Shown here piece by piece: positions 10,101 through 18,080 of a stretch of DNA of 32,000 nt. Every line of letters starts with the position of its first letter. Position 1 is the first letter of the stretch. The position numbers and the translations under genes were made by a program. Source of the DNA: Geotalea daltonii FRC-32 (lineage in GTDB: Bacteria > Desulfobacterota > Desulfuromonadia > Geobacterales > Geobacteraceae); assembly GCF_000022265.1 (NCBI RefSeq), contig NC_011979.1, positions 3,690,001 through 3,722,000 on the forward strand. The letters run 5' to 3'. Under the pieces are notes generated by a model. The model ran no database searches. It worked only from the letters and a program-made list of their open reading frames with translations, and had not been told where the DNA came from.

Positions 10101-11772
10101 CGTCACCTGTAAAAGGTGCAGTCACCGTGATCGAGTTGCTGGTAACGCCCGAATAGCTAAGCGCTCCTGCAGTGGTGCCGTTAACAGCAGCGGCACGAGT
10201 GACGGTAACCGTGTAGGTCTTGGTTGTAGTGCCGTCTTGGGCAGTGACGACCGTGGTAATGGTGTTTGACCCGACCACAAGGGCTATGGGAGCGGATGCC
10301 GTACCGCTGGCAACGGTGGTGCCGTTCACTTTAACTGTTGCAGTCGCGTCCTCAACCGTGGGAGTCACTGTAATTGAGGCAACGGGGTTAGCGACCGAGG
10401 CCGTGTAGGATATGGTTCCGCTGGCAAAAGCAGGGCTCAAGGTACCGGAAGACAGCACCAGGTTGCTCAGATTTGCATTTGTTGAAGCAGCGGCCGCACG
10501 TGTAACGACAACGGTGTATGTCTTGGTGGTTGTGCCATCTTGTGCAGTAACGACAGTTGTTATGGTGTTTGCGCCCACACTCAGTGCAATCGGGCCGGAA
10601 GCCGTACCACTGTTGACTGCAGTGCCGTTTACGGTGGTGGTGGCGGTGGTATCAGCCTCGGTGGGTGTTACTGTAATGGAGGAAACGGAGTTTGCTACCG
10701 AGGCGGTGTATGAGGTAGTTGCACTGGAGAAAGCAGGTGACAGCGTACCGCTGGACAGAACAAGATTACTCAGATCTGCATTTGAGGAGCCTGCTCGGGT
10801 AACAACCACTGTGTAGGTTTTGGTCGTAACGCCATCTTGGGCTGTTACGACAGTTGTGATCGTATTGGAGCCGACTGCAAGGGAAATGGGGCCGGAAGCA
10901 GTACCACTGTTGACAGCAACTCCATTAACAGTTGTCGTAGCCGTCGTGTCCGCCTCTGTCGGCGTAACGGTAATAGACGAGACGGAATTGGCGACAGAAG
11001 CGGTATAGGAGGTGGTCGTGCTACTGAAGGTAGGCGTCAATGTCCCAGACGAGAGCACTAAATTGCTAAGGTTGGCATTATTGGAAGCCGCGACAACCTC
11101 ATTAACAATCAAAACACCAGAAGTTCCTGTTCCGGCCGTATCAGCTGTAGATCCCCAGTATACCCGCTTAGCAGTTGATGTACCCGCTGTCGCTCGAACA
11201 CGGATGCCGAGCTTGGCACCGACAGGAACAGTCGCAGATTGTCCTGTCAATGACAGAGTGACTGTTGAATCTCCTACCGATGCCACCGCCGATGTCACTT
11301 CAGTGCCGGTGAAATCTGTTTTTGTCCCGCTCGAAGTCACATAAAATAACCTGACACCGGCAGTCCATCCACCAGACCCACTGTCGCGAAGCCTTACTTT
11401 AAAGGAGGTGCCTGTTACCGTGGTGGCAACAGCATATGCAGAATTAAAATACGCCTCCACAATAGTGCCTGCACCGGAAACAGTATGGACAGCACGCTGA
11501 CTGGCGCAAGCAAAAGCGGATGTATCCATTAGGGTTGTAACAGCCCCGGTATTATTTGTTCCGCATGCACTCGAGTCGGTCAAAACTCCGGTTGCGACCG
11601 TGGTCCCTGAATTGACCTGAAGATTATAGGTCACTGAAGCGGCCATGATTTCATGTGGCTTATACCACCCCTCATACATGAACACCGACAGGGTCAAAGT
11701 AAACAGCACCGTCAATGCCACCTTTGCCCACAGATTCAATCCTCGGATCTTCTTAGCGATAACCTTACCCAT
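7189..11772 (-). CDS. Giant membrane-anchored multiheme c-type cytochrome (~20 heme motifs) fused to three cadherin-like beta-sandwich repeats and an FN3-like segment
   Basis: 1527-aa ORF with SD AAGGGG upstream. The N-terminal basic plus hydrophobic anchor spans aa 1-33. Three ~100-aa repeats of the form '[38 protein letters not shown]...[10 protein letters not shown]' span aa 232-526. There are 16 CXXCH motifs between aa 657 and 1430, plus CX5CH (aa 778), CX4CH (aa 901), CX3CH (aa 1006) and CX3CH (aa 1119). Confidence 0.9.
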   Translation of the reverse strand: MGKVIAKKIRGLNLWAKVALTVLFTLTLSVFMYEGWYKPHEIMAASVTYNLQVNSGTTVATGVLTDSSACGTNNTGAVTTLMDTSAFACASQRAVHTVSGAGTIVEAYFNSAYAVATTVTGTSFKVRLRDSGSGGWTAGVRLFYVTSSGTKTDFTGTEVTSAVASVGDSTVTLSLTGQSATVPVGAKLGIRVRATAGTSTAKRVYWGSTADTAGTGTSGVLIVNEVVAASNNANLSNLVLSSGTLTPTFSSTTTSYTASVANSVSSITVTPTEADTTATTTVNGVAVNSGTASGPISLAVGSNTITTVVTAQDGVTTKTYTVVVTRAGSSNADLSNLVLSSGTLSPAFSSATTSYTASVANSVSSITVTPTEADTTATTTVNGTAVNSGTASGPIALSVGANTITTVVTAQDGTTTKTYTVVVTRAAAASTNANLSNLVLSSGTLSPAFASGTISYTASVANPVASITVTPTVEDATATVKVNGTTVASGTASAPIALVVGSNTITTVVTAQDGTTTKTYTVTVTRAAAVNGTTAGALSYSGVTSNSITVTAPFTGDDNNNNSCVIKWGTVNGTYPNTATSAKSGSSYVATINNLAESTIYYFQATFTDADGRTPANGIVTGSTSTTAYVNPLMHSAANLDPSNAKGYGNWGAGKDCTWCHTAGTNNVKQVAQQIATPTGTRSVTFSRMTSTVTNAMDLFGNDQRSTLNRSTNICEVCHHQTNFHQYSSSVKSVGKSVTSNTHYNRAECIKCHPHNKGFKGNGHTVPLYATSAGHTDCSSGIGCHTNSTPAGTYPATGGTPPNCQSCHTKGDPLTANIGCGSCHGAAGGTGEPNGTVHPDVAGNHSVHVPAATNGCTTCHNIGGSGGNADHGPGNSGNTTTNPAVVNLDSALGWSSATSKCSSASCHGNVYSTTGSSLTPQWGTTNNGCSACHSAYPIGASGPATGGHGTHSAYACTNCHATGTSATAAPSVANGHTDGDIDIVNVGYQTNVTKHPANDGYSNRTCSTTCHGSPYGSGAGSTPAWGSTGAGCGACHNVAGAFITYSSPSNQKGPNTGSHSAHMNYGRYICDECHTGAVSNTVTQSYANAAHGDTDIDVTNQGYPANVAKHPANSGYSTCTLACHITTTWGLNTLKCTDCHAAAITRTKGRPGKQLAAVTAEFGKTYGHKKSTRTAVADADCIVCHLEGNFTTQKTSKYHADGNIDLRNPDGSGEVAITDNNNAAFTFQRFSTSFASGTRSSAINNTVASVITQKFCLTCHDSGGAANTTARAGTSPTPTAPFGGGYTVLNAFSQFDPTNSSKHPVRAARSADYPTAARLADPYKPTGTRGTSGTKSSGVIMSCFDCHNTGQTTGMKTLRTISAHGDANVLIRGGNATTNGTIYVSSPTHCSSCHLTYTYPGHNTGATGSAFTTTSGDMNGTTFLNCHYCHADANTGTRPARSDNFHGTNALPTTGATATVRWLGSAGTPAQVNTRPYAFIRNRMNLSNHQPRMIGSSTYSPQCSMVSYTGGACSNQSGKTYTVGGTY
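10195..11079 (-). repeat. Three tandem ~300-bp coding repeats (cadherin-like domains) inside the cytochrome gene
   Basis: The protein repeat period is 99-101 aa (L235, L334, L435). The same periodicity shows in the antisense shadow ORFs at 10220, 10412 and 10820, which have near-identical translations. Confidence 0.85.
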
Positions 11773-12322
11773 AATCTCTACCCCTTAGTCAAGTAGTAAT
11801 CAAAATATATTAAAAGAAGCCTTTTCATCCGCGCTTGTCTTTAAATAATAAAATTCTAGGAGCTAATGAATGCAAAAACAGTACCCATAATCTAGACAGT
11901 AACCCTCCCATTAAAGTACAGCACCAAGCAAGGTCTGAAAACGGCTGGTTTAAAACAATAATTTTCTGGCTATCACGAGGTTTGCGTGGATATTTTTTTA
12001 TACGAATATGTGCCCCCGAGTAAATTCAACAGGTTATCCCAATGCCGTATCCACTCCCCCCCTTTCAATTTTGCCGGCAGCGCAAGATCCATTACGTTGT
12101 AAAACGGACGCCGATAGTCATTTGACCATTGATGCAATAGCGAGGAACCAAAGTCGAAATTGCCCGGAACCTTATATACATTATTAGCAATTGTCAAGAT
12201 ACATGTCTTACTGATCTTTTACGCCGCAGTTCAAAAGCATGACCCCGAGCCCAAAATTGTTGTTTAGCGTTGTTTAGTCTGTTAGATTACCTCCATATCC
12301 ATTTTGATTGGAGACCCACTAT

Positions 12323-13246
12323 ATGGTCCACGGAATCTTCAGCAGGCATTATTTATTTCTGCTATTCATCCTGCTAATACTTGCGATGTCTTCGATGGCA
12401 GGCTGCCGGGAGCGGAGCAAGAGGCCGATGATGCGCATCGGCTATATGAATTGCAATAACGAGCAGGAGACAATGGCACGTTTTCAGCCCCTTACCCGTT
12501 ATCTCTCGGAAAAGCTCAATGTTGATTTCGTGGCCGTCCCGGTTGATACCCATGATTTCGAAAAGCGATTCCGCGATGGCGAATTTGCCTTCACCCATAC
12601 GAACTCCCTACTCTATATAATTCTCCGTGAGAACTACCAACTGCAAATTATTGCCTCCGACAAGCGCGGCAATTTCGGCTCCCGTACCGGCGGCGCCATT
12701 ATCGCCCGCAAAGGGAGCGGCATAAACAAGCTGTCCGACATCCGCGGCAAAAGGATGGTCTTTGGGCCGATGCTGGCCCCAACCGGCTACCTTGCCGAGT
12801 ACGACCTGATGCTGCGGTCAGGCATCGACCCGGAGAAAGATCTCGCCTTTTACGCCATCCCTTCAGGTTCATACAAACACGAAAAACTGGTTTACGGGGT
12901 GCTTTTCGGGCAGTATGACGTTGGTGCTGCCCCTCTGCTGGATCTTGAGGTTATGGCACGGGAAGGGAAAATATCCCCCGATGATTTTGTCATTATTGGC
13001 CAGACACCCCTCATCCCATACTGCACTTTCGGAGCAGCAACCAAGACCGATCCTGAGCTTGTCGCAAGGTTCCGCCAAGCGCTACTCGAACTGAAACCGA
13101 CCGATACCGTGGAAATCAACGGCGAGCAGGTCAAGGTGCTGAAGGCTGCCTGGGCCGATGGATATGAGCAGCTGCTTGACAAGGACTATGACACGATTCG
13201 CGACATGGCCCGCCGTGTGAATATGCCCCCCTATCAAAAATACTGA
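12323..13246 (+). CDS. PhnD-family periplasmic substrate-binding protein (phosphonate/phosphite-type fold), lipoprotein-like N-terminus
   Basis: PhnD-like pattern: 'RIGYM...LTRYLSEKLNVDF...' and 'GGAIIARKGSGINKLSDIRGKRMVFGPMLAPTGYL...YDVGAAP'. ATG at 12323 is preferred over TTG at 12308 because GGAG at 12309-12312 then sits ~10 nt upstream. 'SSMAGC' is a lipobox-like signal. Confidence 0.7.
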   Translation: MVHGIFSRHYLFLLFILLILAMSSMAGCRERSKRPMMRIGYMNCNNEQETMARFQPLTRYLSEKLNVDFVAVPVDTHDFEKRFRDGEFAFTHTNSLLYIILRENYQLQIIASDKRGNFGSRTGGAIIARKGSGINKLSDIRGKRMVFGPMLAPTGYLAEYDLMLRSGIDPEKDLAFYAIPSGSYKHEKLVYGVLFGQYDVGAAPLLDLEVMAREGKISPDDFVIIGQTPLIPYCTFGAATKTDPELVARFRQALLELKPTDTVEINGEQVKVLKAAWADGYEQLLDKDYDTIRDMARRVNMPPYQKY

Positions 13247-13253
13247 GGCTCGT

Positions 13254-13796
13254 GTGTTTAAAGACCGATTCGATAAGTTGCTCTGGCTGTTACTGTTCAT
13301 GGTATTTGCGGCCCTGGCCATGCTGATTGGCAGGCATACCTCATCCGGTAAAACAAACGCCCCAGCCGTCGCCACCTCAAAAGCAATGGAAAGGGAGATG
13401 GCTTTCCAGGCACGAGTCACCCTGCTGCAAAAACTATATGCTCCCGTGGAGGACCTGCGCCTGCGTGGTGACATGCAGGGAGCCCTCCTGCGACTGGATG
13501 AGCTCAACCGTTCCTACCCGGGTGAAGCCCACGGTTATATAATGAAAGGTCAGATCCTCCATCAGGCAGGGGCAATAGAAGAAGCCGTTTCCAGTTATGT
13601 CCAGGGCATAAAATTAAGCGGCAACTACATTGACCGTAAAAATCCCCTGTCAAGACGAGATGACGTAAAACGTCTTGTCGAGGAAGGACAGCAGATAATC
13701 AGGAGAGCCAGGGCTAACCCGGACAACATTTCCCTGGCCGCTGCAGTTAAAAATATCAATTACCTTAGAAGCCGCCTTGCAGGGGGATGTGAGTAA
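13254..13796 (+). CDS. Membrane-anchored TPR-like protein
   Basis: 180-aa ORF with a GTG start. N-terminal TM 'LLWLLLFMVFAALAMLI'. TPR-like helix pairs 'AHGYIMKGQILHQAGAIEEAVSSYVQGIKL'. Only 7 nt after the upstream stop. Confidence 0.5.
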   Translation: MFKDRFDKLLWLLLFMVFAALAMLIGRHTSSGKTNAPAVATSKAMEREMAFQARVTLLQKLYAPVEDLRLRGDMQGALLRLDELNRSYPGEAHGYIMKGQILHQAGAIEEAVSSYVQGIKLSGNYIDRKNPLSRRDDVKRLVEEGQQIIRRARANPDNISLAAAVKNINYLRSRLAGGCE

Positions 13797-13798
13797 GA

Positions 13799-14863
13799 AT
13801 GAATCTGAAAGACCGGCATTTCTGGATCATTGTTGTTACCGGTGCTTTGATGGGGACTTTCGGAGTGCTGCTCTCCGTCTGGGGTAATCCCGAAAACTCC
13901 GGCATCTGTGTTTCATGCTTTATCGAGAACAGTGTGGGGGCATTGGGTTTCCACGACAACTCACGCATGCAGTACCTGCGTCCTGAACTGGTCGGTTTTG
14001 TCTTGGGCGCCATGTTGAGCGCCGCCGCTTTCAGGGAGTTTCGTGCCCATGGGGGCAACAATCCGCTGCCACGGTTGATTGCCGGGATATTCCTGATAAT
14101 CGGTTGCGCCGTCTTTATAGGCTGCCCTATCAAGCTGTTTCTCCGTTTGACAGCCGGGGACCTCACTGCTTTGGCTGGAGTTGCCGGCCTGGTTGCAGGT
14201 GTCTGGATCGGTCTCAAGGGATTGGCCAATGGTGTAGAATTGGGGAGTTCCGGAAAGCAAACCGGCAGCAGCGGTCTGCTTATCCCTGCTTTTTTTTGCA
14301 TCTTGCTGCTGTTTATGATATTCCCGCCGGCATTCATCCTCTCTTCAGGCACAGGAAGCGCAGCACAATATGCACCAATGGCCGTTTCCCTTGGCGTCGG
14401 TCTGTTGCTCGGAGCCTTTGCCCAGCGAAGCAGATTCTGCATCACCGGTAGTGTCCGCGACGCTATTCTAATGGGTTTCAGGTCCCATATGCCATGGGGA
14501 TTCTTGGCCTTCGTTGCTGCAGGAACTGTCACCAGCATCAGCTCCGGCAGATTTCATCCCGGTATGTTCGGACAACCGGGAGCCCATCTGGACCATCTAT
14601 GGAGTTTTCTCGGAATGCTCTTGGCAGGCTGGATATCGGTGCTGATCGGCGGCTGCCCGTTCCGACAGCTGATAAAATCAGGTGAAGGAGACGCAGATGC
14701 GGGTCTGGTGGTCGTTGGAATGCTTATCGGCGGTGCCGTCGTACAATCATGGACACTGGCAGGAACCGCCGCCGGTGTTCCTTTTTACGGTAAAGTGGCA
14801 GTTCTCGCCGGCTTCATATTTATTCTGCTGACATGCTTGCTGAGCCGCGAGCGTCAAGACTGA
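13799..14863 (+). CDS. yedE: YedE/YeeE-family sulfur/selenium-compound transporter
   Basis: 354-aa polytopic protein. The N-terminal signature is 'WGNPENSGICVSCF', and the second-half conserved Cys lies in 'SRFCITGS'. The ATG is 2 nt after the upstream stop. Confidence 0.75.
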   Translation: MNLKDRHFWIIVVTGALMGTFGVLLSVWGNPENSGICVSCFIENSVGALGFHDNSRMQYLRPELVGFVLGAMLSAAAFREFRAHGGNNPLPRLIAGIFLIIGCAVFIGCPIKLFLRLTAGDLTALAGVAGLVAGVWIGLKGLANGVELGSSGKQTGSSGLLIPAFFCILLLFMIFPPAFILSSGTGSAAQYAPMAVSLGVGLLLGAFAQRSRFCITGSVRDAILMGFRSHMPWGFLAFVAAGTVTSISSGRFHPGMFGQPGAHLDHLWSFLGMLLAGWISVLIGGCPFRQLIKSGEGDADAGLVVVGMLIGGAVVQSWTLAGTAAGVPFYGKVAVLAGFIFILLTCLLSRERQD

Positions 14864-14874
14864 GCAAAAAACGG

Positions 14875-15762
14875 TTAACGGCAACAGGGATCAGGTTCAT
14901 CCCAGGAACCGCCGGCAAAATATCCCCTGCCACGGCACCCGCCAAAGCAACCCGACAGCTCTAAGCACCCGTCGCACCCTTTGGGCGTCTTCATCAAGTT
15001 CTCCCGCAAGCTTCTTTTTGCCATCGAATGCACAATTGATGACAGTGTCATCTCCTTGAGATTCCCCAAGGCCACGGGAAGAGACGGACAGGGGTAAACA
15101 TCACCGCTGGCCGTGATGCTAAGCATGGTATTGGCTGCCTGGCAACTCCCTTCCGGAAAATGAAGGGTCGGGAAGAACACCCGCCACAAAAAAGGGTCGT
15201 GGATAACAACCTGCATTTTGTCAGGCTTGACCACCTCTTTTATTCCATCGGAGAGTTTCTGCCGCTGTTGCCTGTCCAAGGCAAAATAGCCTCCACCACA
15301 GGAGAGCCGTTGCATGGGCAATACCAGTGATAAACCATGATTGGCGCAGAACGAGTATATCTCCGGCAGCTGATGGTAATTATCAGCTGCAACGGCAAAA
15401 GAGATCCCTGGTACCGGTACGCCGGCAGTTCGGAAATCATGGCGATTCACTCGGGCAAGGTCTGCTGATTCTTCAATAGCCACATAGAGATTTCTAAGGC
15501 GGTAATGGCAGATCTGATCCAGAAGTGCAGGAGTAATGGTCGCCAGGGGAATGGTCAAAGAAAGGGCAATCTGAACCGGGGAAAATAATTCCAGTAATGG
15601 CAGGTAAATGGCGCCGGGAGTGGCCTTCGTAGCGGTGAGATCGAGACTGAGTATCTTCAGCACTATGATCTGCTCACCGACACTGAGACAATCATTATCA
15701 GCAGCGTCGGCAGGCAAATCCCAGTAAATCCTGATGGGAGTTTTCAGCTCACTGAAATTCAT
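14875..15762 (-). CDS. SPASM-domain protein lacking the radical SAM CX3CX2C cluster (GeoRSP-type SPASM partner)
   Basis: A full SPASM cysteine pattern is present: 'C-X17-C' (ending 'GDVYPC') followed by 'CDGCLELSGCFGGC' (CX2CX5CX3C) and a C-terminal 'DPCC'. There is no CX3CX2C anywhere after Met27. The start at 15762 forms an ATGA overlap with the upstream stop. The longer 321-aa ORF-track form overlaps the upstream gene out of frame. Confidence 0.75.
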   Translation of the reverse strand: MNFSELKTPIRIYWDLPADAADNDCLSVGEQIIVLKILSLDLTATKATPGAIYLPLLELFSPVQIALSLTIPLATITPALLDQICHYRLRNLYVAIEESADLARVNRHDFRTAGVPVPGISFAVAADNYHQLPEIYSFCANHGLSLVLPMQRLSCGGGYFALDRQQRQKLSDGIKEVVKPDKMQVVIHDPFLWRVFFPTLHFPEGSCQAANTMLSITASGDVYPCPSLPVALGNLKEMTLSSIVHSMAKRSLRENLMKTPKGCDGCLELSGCFGGCRGRGYFAGGSWDEPDPCCR

Positions 15763-16757
15763 GGCTGCCAGCAGTGGGGATCGGGACTGTTGAAATCGCC
15801 GGTCAACGCAAGGGCACGGGCACTGCAGCCTCCAAGGCATTCATTGTAGTCGCTGCAGCCGACACATTTACCTGTCGCCACTTTGTTGCGCAGCTTTTCC
15901 AGAATCGATGAGCTCTTCCATAGCTCCCGAAGGTCGTCGGCAAGGATATTGCCGATGACGATGGGTATGAAACCGCAGGGGGTAATGTCGCCATTGGACT
16001 TTATGTTCAGGGACAGCTTGCCGCAGACACTCCCCTTGACCATGTTGTTGGTGTCATGCATTCCCAATGAGGCGATTATCGGATCATCCAGGGAGATGTC
16101 CAGCTTACGCCCCCGCTGTTTTTCCATTATCGCCTCTGCGTAAAATGACTGCCATTCCTCAGGTGTCAGGTCCAGATCATCCCTGTTGGAATAACCGAGG
16201 CCCGAACATTTGAAATTGTGGAAGTTGAGCTGCTCCACATGGAGTTTTTCCGCCAAATCTATGAGCGGAGCAACGTCACGGTGGTTCAACTTGCAGATAA
16301 CTGTGGAGATGGAAGTCTTTATTCCTGCCTCCTGCAAGTATGCCAAAGCATTTACGGCACGCCCGTGGCTGCCGGACACACCACGGAAATGGTCATGGAT
16401 GGCAGGAACGTGGCTGTCGATACTGATGCCCACCTTGCTGAACCCGGCCTCTTTCAATTCCAGGGCTTTCTTGCGGTCGATGAGGTAACCATTGCTGTTC
16501 ATGGATACTCGCATGCCGCTTTGGGCAGCACAAGAAGCGATCGTCGCCAAGTCCTGACGCAGCAGCGGCTCGCCACCGCCGAAATTGACCGACATGACAC
16601 CAGCCGTGGCAACTTTCTCAAGACACTGGCATAACATACTGCAGTCTATTTCTTTCATGGCATCATTGCGGCTATAGCAGTGGCGGCAGGCGAAGTTGCA
16701 GTTATTGTTGACAGCCCAGTTTATCGTAAGCGGTGCCTTAAGCTGAATTTCACCCAT
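15759..16757 (-). CDS. Radical SAM/SPASM-domain maturase
   Basis: 'CNFACRHC' is a CX3CX2C motif, followed by 'GGGEPLL'. The SPASM pattern is 'C-X15-C' (ending 'GDITPC') followed by 'CVGCSDYNECLGGC' (CX2CX5CX3C) and 'DPHC'. The start at 16757 (MGEIQL) overlaps the PqqD-like stop as ATGGGTGA. Confidence 0.85.
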   Translation of the reverse strand: MGEIQLKAPLTINWAVNNNCNFACRHCYSRNDAMKEIDCSMLCQCLEKVATAGVMSVNFGGGEPLLRQDLATIASCAAQSGMRVSMNSNGYLIDRKKALELKEAGFSKVGISIDSHVPAIHDHFRGVSGSHGRAVNALAYLQEAGIKTSISTVICKLNHRDVAPLIDLAEKLHVEQLNFHNFKCSGLGYSNRDDLDLTPEEWQSFYAEAIMEKQRGRKLDISLDDPIIASLGMHDTNNMVKGSVCGKLSLNIKSNGDITPCGFIPIVIGNILADDLRELWKSSSILEKLRNKVATGKCVGCSDYNECLGGCSARALALTGDFNSPDPHCWQP

Positions 16758-17106
16758 AGAAGATAAACCCTTTCTGTTCCAGATCCTGCAAAAACGAATG
16801 CACATCCTGAGACAGTACTGCTCGTTCTACCTCAAAGTCAGCCAGTAAGGAATCGATGATCTCCTCGACGGTCCTGCCGTCGCAGATCTTCCATATTTCG
16901 GTGCCCATCAGGTTCAGAGTAATCATGATGCCGTCCGAGAAGAGCAGCGAGGTGCCCACTTCGGTCACGTCATTCCCCTTCTCCAGCCCTGCGCTCGCTT
17001 CCAAAAGAGAGTCCTCTTCCTCGCGCCACATCACATCAGGGTTTCTAAATACCTTTTTCAACAACACGCCCTCCTTTATGGAATGTTGTATCAGCGACCA
17101 ATGCAT
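16750..17106 (-). CDS. PqqD-family protein (RiPP-recognition-element-like chaperone)
   Basis: 'ITLNLMGTEIWKICDGRTVEEIIDSLLADFEV...VLSQDVHSFLQDLEQKGFI' fits the PqqD/RRE pattern. The start is uncertain. ATG 17106 gives 118 aa. The 151-aa form starting at 17205 would overlap the ResB-like gene. Confidence 0.7.
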   Translation of the reverse strand: MHWSLIQHSIKEGVLLKKVFRNPDVMWREEEDSLLEASAGLEKGNDVTEVGTSLLFSDGIMITLNLMGTEIWKICDGRTVEEIIDSLLADFEVERAVLSQDVHSFLQDLEQKGFIFYG

Positions 17107-17131
17107 GAAAGGCAAAGGGCCGACAGGGAAT

Positions 17132-18061
17132 TTATCTTTGTGCAAACCTTCGCCAAAAAGCAAGAACTGCCCCAAGACACATGATTGCGAAGCCGCAGAA
17201 AACAACAGGCCGGCCCGGATCTTTCACTATCTGAATGCCTGCGAAGGAGCGGCCATTTCCGTCGGTTCCAGTCTGTGTATGATAGAAACAGAGTCCCTGC
17301 CAGGAAAACGGTGCGTTGATTTCCGATGTCCCCGAGACAGGGGGCTTGTCATCACTGGATAGCTGAAGATCGACCCACATCCTCTTGAGCTGGGGATTTT
17401 TATAGGAGACAAGCTTGAAAGCATAAGGGAAATCGAGAGGCAGCGTGCTGTTACCGGAGGTGTCGGCTGTGCCGACGATCCCGTCCCCTTTGTGAACCAC
17501 AAGTACCAGCCTGAGATTTTTGGGCTCAAAGTCCGTGACCGAGACACGATAACCGGGCAGTTCAAAACTTTCACCGGTGGCAAGGGTGAACAGGCCGTAT
17601 TTTTCGTTACCCTGCAGGACACCGACGCGGACCGGCACCGGGTAATACTGGCGATTTATCTGCTTTACCCATAGCCGCATGTGGAATGGGGCATCCCTCT
17701 TCAGGTCCCAGCGAAAAGCCTCGTCTACAAAGGTGCCTTCATAAACGTTCACCGTGGCCACATAACCAAAGGAGGTGATCACACAGCCCAAAAGAGTAAC
17801 CAGAACTCCTCCATGAAGAACGAGGGTCGATCCGGCTAACGAGCGCCACCTTTTCATGCTGCAGCATATAAGGTTCAATGCCATCAGGGCCAGCAGACTG
17901 ACAAACAGTGGGCTTGAGTAAATCGCCCGTGATTCGGTGAAGGTTCCTGGTATTGCAACGATGGTCAATATACCGAAAAGGGCAATTGCCAGTTCCGTTG
18001 AGGAGAGACCATTGATAATTCGTGATTTCAGACCCGGTGGCAGCAAGACAGAACCTTTCAT
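17132..18061 (-). CDS. ResB-like cytochrome c biogenesis family protein (short, orphan paralogue)
   Basis: The ResB-type N-terminus is 'LSSTELAIALFGILTIVAIPGTF...SSPLFVSLLALMALNLICCS'. There is a second TM segment, a ~200-aa soluble region and a C-terminal TM. No CcsA partner is adjacent. The start is ATG 18061 or TTG 18067. Confidence 0.7.
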   Translation of the reverse strand: MKGSVLLPPGLKSRIINGLSSTELAIALFGILTIVAIPGTFTESRAIYSSPLFVSLLALMALNLICCSMKRWRSLAGSTLVLHGGVLVTLLGCVITSFGYVATVNVYEGTFVDEAFRWDLKRDAPFHMRLWVKQINRQYYPVPVRVGVLQGNEKYGLFTLATGESFELPGYRVSVTDFEPKNLRLVLVVHKGDGIVGTADTSGNSTLPLDFPYAFKLVSYKNPQLKRMWVDLQLSSDDKPPVSGTSEINAPFSWQGLCFYHTQTGTDGNGRSFAGIQIVKDPGRPVVFCGFAIMCLGAVLAFWRRFAQR

Positions 18062-18080
18062 CCGCAAAGCAGACTGTGCA

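Noticed and set aside
10220-11344. Series of plus-strand ORFs (62-134 aa) with Val/Thr/Ala-rich repeated translations.
   Set aside because: They are antisense shadows of the cadherin-like repeat region of the minus-strand cytochrome gene. Their periodicity simply mirrors the coding repeats.
11975-12080. Possible GEMM-I (cyclic-dinucleotide) riboswitch in the cytochrome leader. The minus strand contains 'CCACGCAAACCTCGTG' and 'GGCAAAATTGAAAGGGG'.
   Set aside because: The two halves appear in the expected 5'-to-3' order but about 70 nt apart, compared with about 20 nt in known GEMM-I RNAs. I could not pair P1/P2 stems or find a tetraloop/receptor arrangement. A covariance-model scan is needed before any claim.
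11835-12197. ORFs 11835..12023 (+) and 11973..12197 (-) in the large intergenic region.
   Set aside because: Both use non-ATG starts, and I saw no convincing SD for either. They overlap each other, lie in AT-rich sequence and have no recognisable motifs. They are most likely non-coding.
15763-15840. N-terminal extension 'MPWRLQCPCPCVDRRF...' on the SPASM-only protein, which looks like a Cys-rich metal site.
   Set aside because: This stretch overlaps the 3' end of the upstream rSAM gene in another frame. The ATGA-coupled start at 15762 fits the operon's overlap pattern and gives a domain-sized protein.
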